Shown: positions 35,062 through 41,721 of the stretch, piece by piece
How the letters are laid out: every line of letters begins with the position of its first letter
Position numbering within the stretch: position 1 is the stretch's first letter
IMG/VR virus record: IMGVR_UViG_3300037692_000203
Coordinates: 1 to 41,721 of that record
Origin: a virus
Lineage: Duplodnaviria; Caudoviricetes
DNA: 41,721 nucleotides
Reading direction: 5' to 3' (one strand)
Made by a program: the position numbers and the translations under genes
The notes under the pieces: generated by a model
The model's input: the letters and a program-made list of their open reading frames with translations, nothing else
Told to the model about the DNA's origin: nothing
The model's database searches: none

Positions 35062-37833
35062 GTGGCAAGCATAGAAGAATTAAAGAACAGGATCGATCTG
35101 GAAGACCTCGCCGAACGCCTAGGAATGAAGCGCCCCAGCAAGACGGGGAACTGGAATAGTCCGCACCATGCGGACAAGTCGCCGTCGGTGGAGATCGCGC
35201 CGGCGCGGAACCCGAAGACGTGGCGTGATTACTCTTCGGACGATGGCGGGACGTGCATAGATCTGGTGATGTATGTGAACGGCATCGATGATGTGGGTGA
35301 TGCGATCCGCTTTTTGCATGAGATGTATCACATTCCGTTCGATAAGCCGCAGGTGGATAAGAGTGCGCCGGCGCGTGAGCTGAGCCGTGCGGAATACATC
35401 GCGGAGAAGTCGGTGGGGGCGGTGGCGGAGAAGGCGGTGGAGTATCTGACGGGGCGCGGGATCTCGGAGGATGTGGTGCGCAGGGCGATCAAGAAGGGGG
35501 GTGTGGGCTTCAACGATTATGCGAGCCTGAAGGTGGAGGAGGGGAAGCCGGGGCACGGTGGGCCTGCGGTGGTGTTTATCACGAAGTCGCTTAATCCGGG
35601 GCATGTGGTGGCGGTGGATATGCGCTATCTGGACCCGGCCAAGAACGGCAACGTGAAGACACAGTGCCAGGGCGAGAAGTTCGGCTATGGCTGGACGAGC
35701 GATATCAAGCAACTGTTGATGGCGCACACGGTGTACGTGGTGGAGTCGCCTATCAATGCGCTGTCTATCGAGTGTTGCAAGTTGTTCGATTCTGCGGTGT
35801 TCGCGACGCGCGGCACGAACAATGTGGGGAACATCGACTGGGGATTCTTGAAGGGTAAGAAGGTGGTGATCTGTATGGATAACGATCAGCCACTGCCCGA
35901 TAAGTTGCCAGACGGCCGACACAACCCGAAGGCGGGTGAGCGCGCGGGGCTGAAGGCGGCGTGGGCGCTGCATGAGCGATTGACGGCGATGGATACGTCG
36001 GCGCTGCTGATCGATCAGTCGGACTGGAAGGATGATGATGAGAAGCCGATCAACGATGTGAATGATTTTCTGCAGGATCAGGGCGTGGATGCGCTGAAGC
36101 GGGCGATGATGAAGCTGGAGCCTTGGTTGATCCCCGGTCTGCCGAGCAATAAGGAGAATGGCTATTCCGGCAAGAGCCGGGTGTATCTGCCATATCACGA
36201 TGAGGCGAAATATTGGCGCTATCGTGTGCGCGAGGATTTCACCAGCCTGGTGAGTGAGAAGAAGGATGAGGAGGGCGGTGCGCCCAGGCTGGAGTATGCG
36301 GAGCTGTGCGGATTCCGTGTGGCGGCGGTGTCTCGGGTGACGATCGCGGGGGCGACGGCGACGATGACGGGCGACGAAGACAACCAGCCGAAGGTGTCTT
36401 TTGCGATCAGTGTGCAGACACCGCGCCACGGTGCGACGCTGGTGCGCCGTGTGGTGGAGGATGAGAAGCTGCACAACATCGACACCTGGAAGAAGATCGG
36501 GCCGGTGTTCAATCAGTCTGCCTTCTTGCGCATGGTGAATATTCTGGAGCGGGCGGCACACATCGGGGCGCGCAATGCGGCGAACTTTGTGGGGCTGTGC
36601 TACCGCGACGGGAAGCTGATCGTGAACGAGGGTCCGGATTGCTACTTCACGGATCCTGAGCAGCAGTGTCCGTACCACAATCTGACGTTCAATTCAGGCA
36701 CGGTTCCGGAGGCGCGCCGTGTGATCGAGGCGTATCAGTCCACCTTCAAACAGAATGCGGCGCTGTTGCCGCTGGTGTGGGGCTTGGGCGGGCATCTGAA
36801 GGTGCTGCTGGGCTTCTGGCCACACATGATGATGCAGGCGGACAAGGGGCAGGGTAAGTCGACGCTGATCAAGCGCCTGGAGCGGTCGCTGGGCTTCACG
36901 ATGTTCTCCGGACAGTCTCTGCAGACGGAGTTCCGCTTGCTGACGAGCATCAGCCACACGGCGCACCCTGTCGGCTGGGAGGAGCTTTCTGCACGTCGCC
37001 AGGACATCATCGACAAGGCCGTTGGTCTGCTGCAGGAGAACTATCAGTACACAGTGAACCGGCGTGGCACGAACATGACGGAGTTCTTGATCGCGGCGCC
37101 GGTGCTGTTGGCCGGTGAGGATGTGCCGGTGCGCAGCCTGATCGGTAAGATCATTCGCACTGAGCTGACGGGGAAGAAGGGGCCGATCATGCCGGACGAT
37201 CTGCCGCGCTTTCCTGTGCGTCAGTGGCTGGAGTTTCTTTCCACCTTGCAGCGTGGGCAGGTGCTGGAGCTGTACGGAAAGATGCGGGAATACTGCCTCA
37301 AGCGTTCGCTGGCCAGCGGCAGCGACGATGGCGCAGTGCGTATGGCCAGCAACTACGCGGCGCTGATGACCGCTTGGCGCTATCTGTGCGAGTTCTCCGG
37401 CATCGATGCGAATCAGGGCGACTTCGTTCCTGATCTGATCGAGGAGATGAATCGCCATATCAAAGAAACCAGCTCAGACCGTGAGCCTTGGGTGTGGATT
37501 ATGGAGACCATCCTTTCCGAGATCTCTTCGCACCAGTACCAGCATCCGTTCGCCTGGGACGATGTGAAGGGTGAGGAGTGCTTGCTGATCCGCACCAGCC
37601 ACGTCATGGAGCACCTTTCCCGCACGCCTGCGCTGCGCGAGAAGTGGAACGGCCTGCCGGTGAAGAGTGACCGTGTATTCAAGAAGCAGCTGATGCAGGC
37701 CGAGGTGATCGTGTCTGAAGCTGCTGAGAAGACCATCTCCAATCGCCGTGTCGGCCACTTGTGTGCCATCAGCCTTTCACGGCTGGAGAAGTTCGGCCTC
37801 TACGCAACCCCTGCGAATCCGGGTCACGTATGA
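35062..37833 (+). CDS. Primase-helicase (TOPRIM + P-loop NTPase)
   Basis: YVVESPINALS and ICMDND (TOPRIM), NDVND, Walker A ADKGQGKST, WEE. Confidence 0.85.
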   Translation: MASIEELKNRIDLEDLAERLGMKRPSKTGNWNSPHHADKSPSVEIAPARNPKTWRDYSSDDGGTCIDLVMYVNGIDDVGDAIRFLHEMYHIPFDKPQVDKSAPARELSRAEYIAEKSVGAVAEKAVEYLTGRGISEDVVRRAIKKGGVGFNDYASLKVEEGKPGHGGPAVVFITKSLNPGHVVAVDMRYLDPAKNGNVKTQCQGEKFGYGWTSDIKQLLMAHTVYVVESPINALSIECCKLFDSAVFATRGTNNVGNIDWGFLKGKKVVICMDNDQPLPDKLPDGRHNPKAGERAGLKAAWALHERLTAMDTSALLIDQSDWKDDDEKPINDVNDFLQDQGVDALKRAMMKLEPWLIPGLPSNKENGYSGKSRVYLPYHDEAKYWRYRVREDFTSLVSEKKDEEGGAPRLEYAELCGFRVAAVSRVTIAGATATMTGDEDNQPKVSFAISVQTPRHGATLVRRVVEDEKLHNIDTWKKIGPVFNQSAFLRMVNILERAAHIGARNAANFVGLCYRDGKLIVNEGPDCYFTDPEQQCPYHNLTFNSGTVPEARRVIEAYQSTFKQNAALLPLVWGLGGHLKVLLGFWPHMMMQADKGQGKSTLIKRLERSLGFTMFSGQSLQTEFRLLTSISHTAHPVGWEELSARRQDIIDKAVGLLQENYQYTVNRRGTNMTEFLIAAPVLLAGEDVPVRSLIGKIIRTELTGKKGPIMPDDLPRFPVRQWLEFLSTLQRGQVLELYGKMREYCLKRSLASGSDDGAVRMASNYAALMTAWRYLCEFSGIDANQGDFVPDLIEEMNRHIKETSSDREPWVWIMETILSEISSHQYQHPFAWDDVKGEECLLIRTSHVMEHLSRTPALREKWNGLPVKSDRVFKKQLMQAEVIVSEAAEKTISNRRVGHLCAISLSRLEKFGLYATPANPGHV

Positions 37834-37949
37834 ACCACCTCCCCCGTACCCCCTTAGAGGGATGCCTGCCGGACTTGGGCGCGCCGAGCGCTTTTTTTCA
37901 GAAAGGTTGGCGGGTGTGCGCCGCAAAATGCGTGGATTGCCTCGATATT

Positions 37950-38300
37950 TTCGCTAAGTCATTGTTCGTGGAGCGGAAGTTTCTCACGGGTTGGGGTGTT
38001 TTTCCCACGGGTTGTGCGCCACGTTCCACGGGTTGCGCGGTTTCTTCCACATGTGACGTTTTTCGTCTGCGCCGCCCTTTCTCTCTATATCTCTCTCTAT
38101 TTAAAAAGAAAGAAATAAGAAAAGAAGGGCTTTTAGGGAAAACACGCATCCACGGGTTTGAACAACTGCCTAAAAAAGCATCCACGGGTTTTCACCCACA
38201 TCCACCCCTTACCCGTGGGAATCCGTGGGAGTGGTTGTGCAATTACATCAATGAGTTAAGTGTGGGAAGTAGGGCATCCACGCATCCACGGGTTGTTCTG
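37950..38300. promoter_or_regulatory. Putative replication origin with iterons
   Basis: CACGGGTT at 37985, 38006, 38027 (21-bp period), 38151, 38183, 38287; inverted partial copies near 38211-38230; AT-rich core about 38080-38125; IHF-like CATCAATGAGTTA at 38246-38258. Confidence 0.78.
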
Positions 38301-38331
38301 CCCCTACCCTCCCTTGGTTTTGGAGAAATGC

Positions 38332-39333
38332 ATGCTTGATCTGATCGAATCATTCTTGGAGTTCAAGCAACACAACGCCGGCAGATCTGAACGCACGGTA
38401 CAGGTGTACCGCCTGGCACTGCAGCGCCTGGTCAAGTTCTTCGGTGAGCGTGATCCGCTGCTGGCCACGCACGATGATCTGGCTGTGTTCTCCGGCATCT
38501 GGCTGCACAAGCAGGGACTGACAGACCCACTAAGCCGCCGGCCGCACGTAGCCGCGGTGCGCGAGTTCTATAAGTGGCTGCTGGAGAACAACCATGTCAG
38601 GGGGAATCCGGCTGTTGGCGTGCCTTACCCAAAGGCCGGCCGCAAGATCCCGCGCGTGATGACGCTGAAGAACGCCGAGAAGCTGATGTGGGCGCCAGAC
38701 TTCAGCACGTTCGAAGGTGTGCGCGACGGCGCCATGCTGGGGCTGATGATGGGCTGTGGCTTGCGTGCCTCGGGCTTGGTGAACCTGAATGTGAGCAACG
38801 TCATCGATGACGAGCTGGACGGCAAGGAGCGCCTGATCCTGAAGGTGAGGGAGAAGGGCGACAAGGATCGCCGCATGCCTGTGCCGGTCGAGGCGGACAT
38901 GCTGCTGCGCGTCTATATGGCACACGATGATCTGAACGGTATCGATCGCACGCTGAAGAACGGCGACCAGGTGTTGTTCGTCAGCACCAGCAACCGGACA
39001 GTGACGATCGATGAGTACCGCGGCGAGCGCCGCCGTATGAATCGCAGATCGGTGCGGGATATGGTGCTGAAGTATGGCCAGCGCTTGGGCATATCGTCCG
39101 ACCAGCTGCACCCCCATGCGATGCGCCACCTGTTCGGTACCGAGCTGATCGAGGATGACGTGAACATGCTCACTGCTCAGAAGCTGATGGGCCATAGCGA
39201 TGCGAAGAGCACCGACATCTACAACCATACCGCCATGCGTAAGTTGACCAGAGAGATGGACCGGGCGAATCCCTTGGCCAAGATGCGCACGCCAGTCAGC
39301 GATCTCTTGAAGCAGCTGGGCAAGAAGGGCTGA
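38332..39333 (+). CDS. XerC/D-like tyrosine recombinase
   Basis: N-terminal RSERTVQVY...NPA core-binding domain; GLRASG, KGDK, HPHAMRH, MGH, IYN. Confidence 0.9.
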   Translation: MLDLIESFLEFKQHNAGRSERTVQVYRLALQRLVKFFGERDPLLATHDDLAVFSGIWLHKQGLTDPLSRRPHVAAVREFYKWLLENNHVRGNPAVGVPYPKAGRKIPRVMTLKNAEKLMWAPDFSTFEGVRDGAMLGLMMGCGLRASGLVNLNVSNVIDDELDGKERLILKVREKGDKDRRMPVPVEADMLLRVYMAHDDLNGIDRTLKNGDQVLFVSTSNRTVTIDEYRGERRRMNRRSVRDMVLKYGQRLGISSDQLHPHAMRHLFGTELIEDDVNMLTAQKLMGHSDAKSTDIYNHTAMRKLTREMDRANPLAKMRTPVSDLLKQLGKKG

Positions 39334-39569
39334 CACGATGCATCGATCAACGCGCTCGACTCGTTGCAGCCCGTCGCAACTCACACTAGGGGAACCACTG
39401 AACTATGTTGCAGAGCTATAGAACACACCCGTTATTGGGCGAAGCTGAACATTCGTGCAATGACGGCAACTCGACACGATAACGGGCTAACTCAACTAGC
39501 CCGTCGCAACTGGCGAACTTCGCATACTGGACAGAAAGCGAAGTTCGTACACGTAGCAACAAGGGGGAA

Positions 39570-40073
39570 ATGATGAGCAGGAAGAGAGGAAAGCGAATTT
39601 CAGAGCAGGGAACTGCCAGCCGGTGTCCCCTCACCCAGGACATGTTCGGAGGGGTGGGGGGTCGGCAGGCCAAACCCCGTCCCCCAGCAGGGGGGGGTGG
39701 GTACCAGAATAAATGCACTGTTCTGAACTTCGACCCGACCGCGGCCGAAAAAATGCGCGACCCGCGCCTCGAAGAGTTGCGCGAGATGGGGCTGCAGCGG
39801 ATATGGCTTGAGGTGGCCGAGAAAATCGGCGTGGACGCATTTTTGGCGGTTTGGCGCATCCTGGACTCAGACCAGACCAGTATCGAGAACAGCGGGCGGC
39901 TGATGGTGCCGATCAGGGCTTACAGCACATATATGCGCTACCAGCGGAACCGCTACGTGGAATCGTTGAGCGAGATCGGGCTCACCCCGCCACAGATTCG
40001 GCAAAAACTGAAGGAGCAGCTGTGTGAACAGATCAGTATTCGTCACATTTCACGCTTGGTTCAACCGGATTAG
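39570..40073 (+). CDS. Putative Mor/C-like late transcription activator (start may be later, e.g. 39753)
   Basis: VAEKIGVDAF...VPI...RNRYV...ISIRHISRL resembles the Mu Mor/C layout. Confidence 0.5.
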   Translation: MMSRKRGKRISEQGTASRCPLTQDMFGGVGGRQAKPRPPAGGGGYQNKCTVLNFDPTAAEKMRDPRLEELREMGLQRIWLEVAEKIGVDAFLAVWRILDSDQTSIENSGRLMVPIRAYSTYMRYQRNRYVESLSEIGLTPPQIRQKLKEQLCEQISIRHISRLVQPD

Positions 40074-40081
40074 ACTGACCC

Positions 40082-41659
40082 ATGGCCAAACACAAAGCGA
40101 TCATCTATGCCCGCGTCTCCACCCAGCGCCAAGCCGACGACGGCCTGCCGGTAGAGAGCCAGATCGAGCACGGGCACCGCAAGGCAGAGGTGCTGGATGC
40201 CGATGTGCTGCGCGTGTTTACCGACGCGGGGATATCAGGCCGCACCGATGAGCGCCCAGCCTTTCAGGATGCTGTTCGGTACTGCAAGGCATTCGACGTG
40301 CAGTTTTTCATCTGCTGGAGCACATCGCGCTTCGCCCGCAACAAGCTGGATGCGGCCCTCTACAAGAAGGAGTTGGAGAAATCCGGCACCCGGGTGATCT
40401 ACGTTAGCGTGGATTTGGACAATCGCACCGATTCCGGCTGGATGCTGGAATCGATGATGGAGATCTTCGACGAGCACTACAGCCGCCAAGTCAGCACCGA
40501 CACCCTGCGCAGCATGATCAAGAACGCCCGCGACGGCTTTTTCAACGGCGGGCGCGTCCCGCTGGGTTATTGCACGGTACCGGACGGCAAGCGCAAGCGT
40601 CTGGCGGTGGATGAATCAGAGGCCGTGCTGGTCCGCGATATCTTCGCTCTTTATGTTGCAGGCGACGGGGCAAAGACCATCGCCGAACTGATGAACGCCC
40701 AGAGCCGTCTCAATCGCGCCCGCAAATGGAGCAAAAGCACCATCCTCAACCTGTTGCGGAACATGATCTACATCGGCAACGTAGTGTTCAACCGCGCCAA
40801 CAATGCAACCGGGCTTGAGCGCCCGCGCGAGGAATGGATCATCACCCCCAGTCACCAGCCCATCATCGACGAGGAGACCTTCATGACAGCCCAACAGCTT
40901 ATAGACGGCCGTGCGCCAGTCAGCGGCGGAGGATCGCCGCACAGCGGATTCGTGTTCACCGGCATGCTCAAGTGCGCGAAATGTGGCGGATCCATGCAGA
41001 TCGAGCGCGCCAAAGGGCGCAACCAATACTACGAGTATTACAACTGCAGCTCTGCGCAGAAGGGGAGGGGATGCAGCACCAGGAGAATATCAGCCACCGA
41101 GTTCGACGCCTGGCTGGTCGGCGCGATCATGGATAACGTCCTATCCAGGGAATCGCTGGCCACGATGATCTCCGATCTGCACGAACTGACTGGGAAGTGG
41201 ATCAAAGAGCGCGCCAGCCGTCGGGCCGAGACCGTCAAAACCTTGCGCGAGACAGAAGAAAAGCTGCGCAATCTCTACTCCGTGCTGGAACTGCACGGCA
41301 AGGACGCGCCCAACCTGGCAGACCTCACCGTTCGCATGCGCGAACTGCGCACGCAGCGCGACGATCTCGAATCAGCATTGGTGAGACTTGAGGAAGAAGA
41401 GATGCCGGAGGTATCGATCAGCGACATCGAGATCAACCAGATGGCAGATCTGATGCGTGAAGTCGTGGTCACCACAGAAGACCCGAAGCGCTTGCGCACA
41501 TTCTTCTCGCAGTTCATCGAAAGCATCGAAGTGAACGACAGTGGAGCTGTGATCAATTACGACCGTACAAAAGTAATGAGCCGCGCCGGATTCGACGCGG
41601 TTCATAGTAACGAAACTTGGCTCCCCGGCCTGGACTCGAACCAGGGACCTGCGGATTAA
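40082..41659 (+). CDS. Large serine integrase (prophage form, C-terminus encoded by att/tRNA antisense)
   Basis: YARVSTQRQ catalytic Ser, SRFARN, PLGY recombinase domain, CAKC...YYNC..C zinc ribbon, coiled coil. Confidence 0.93.
   Translation: MAKHKAIIYARVSTQRQADDGLPVESQIEHGHRKAEVLDADVLRVFTDAGISGRTDERPAFQDAVRYCKAFDVQFFICWSTSRFARNKLDAALYKKELEKSGTRVIYVSVDLDNRTDSGWMLESMMEIFDEHYSRQVSTDTLRSMIKNARDGFFNGGRVPLGYCTVPDGKRKRLAVDESEAVLVRDIFALYVAGDGAKTIAELMNAQSRLNRARKWSKSTILNLLRNMIYIGNVVFNRANNATGLERPREEWIITPSHQPIIDEETFMTAQQLIDGRAPVSGGGSPHSGFVFTGMLKCAKCGGSMQIERAKGRNQYYEYYNCSSAQKGRGCSTRRISATEFDAWLVGAIMDNVLSRESLATMISDLHELTGKWIKERASRRAETVKTLRETEEKLRNLYSVLELHGKDAPNLADLTVRMRELRTQRDDLESALVRLEEEEMPEVSISDIEINQMADLMREVVVTTEDPKRLRTFFSQFIESIEVNDSGAVINYDRTKVMSRAGFDAVHSNETWLPGLDSNQGPAD
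41618..41627. repeat. Right att core TGGCTCCCCG
   Basis: Identical to 117-126. Confidence 0.88.
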
Positions 41660-41675
41660 CAGTCCGTCGCTCTAC
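41618..41675 (-). pseudogene. 3' fragment (58 nt) of tRNA-Asn(GTT)
   Basis: Minus strand GTAGAGCGACGGACTGTTAATCCGCAGGTCCCTGGTTCGAGTCCAGGCCGGGGAGCCA has anticodon arm, T arm and CCA; the 5' acceptor strand and 5' D-stem are absent. Confidence 0.85.
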
Positions 41676-41721
41676 TTATTTCCCGGCCTCAATAGAATGA
41701 ACGGAAATACTTTCGAATCCA

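Larger units (their letters stand above)
117..41627. mobile_element. Complete temperate prophage (siphovirus-like) integrated at a tRNA-Asn 3' end
   Basis: Direct repeat TGGCTCCCCG at 117-126 and 41618-41627; packaging, head, tail, lysis, immunity, replication and integrase genes in between. Confidence 0.93.

Noticed and set aside
37761-38339. 192-aa ORF after the primase
   Set aside because: Translates the iteron/AT-rich origin; repeated STG peptides simply mirror the DNA repeats
26968-39333. Either tyrosine recombinase as the prophage integrase
   Set aside because: Neither is next to att; the reconstructed attP is a short dyad within the serine integrase gene
41618-41700. Intact tRNA-Asn gene
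   Set aside because: 5' acceptor strand (TCCCCGG) and 5' D-stem are missing upstream of 41675 on the minus strand

Overview
The window holds one apparently complete ~41.5 kb temperate siphovirus-like prophage (117..41627), GC-rich and probably from a proteobacterial host. It is bounded by a 10-bp direct repeat (TGGCTCCCCG) equal to the 3' end of a tRNA-Asn. Gene order: packaging, head, lysis, tail, repressor operon (minus strand), early genes, a diversity-generating retroelement (DGR), primase-helicase with iteron origin, Xer-like recombinase, putative late activator, large serine integrase. Main observations: (1) a complete DGR (avd, TR, RT) targets two tandem small, apparently cytoplasmic DUF1566/CLec-like genes in the early operon rather than the tail fibre, and every TR/VR mismatch is at a TR adenine; (2) a methyltransferase ORF lies between TR and RT and can only start within or upstream of TR; (3) attP lies inside the serine integrase gene, so integration swaps a C-terminus ending -KKAA (degron-like) for one encoded by the tRNA antisense strand; (4) a 27-bp motif precedes three late gene blocks. 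All protein calls come from motif recognition and gene context by eye; no database search was run.
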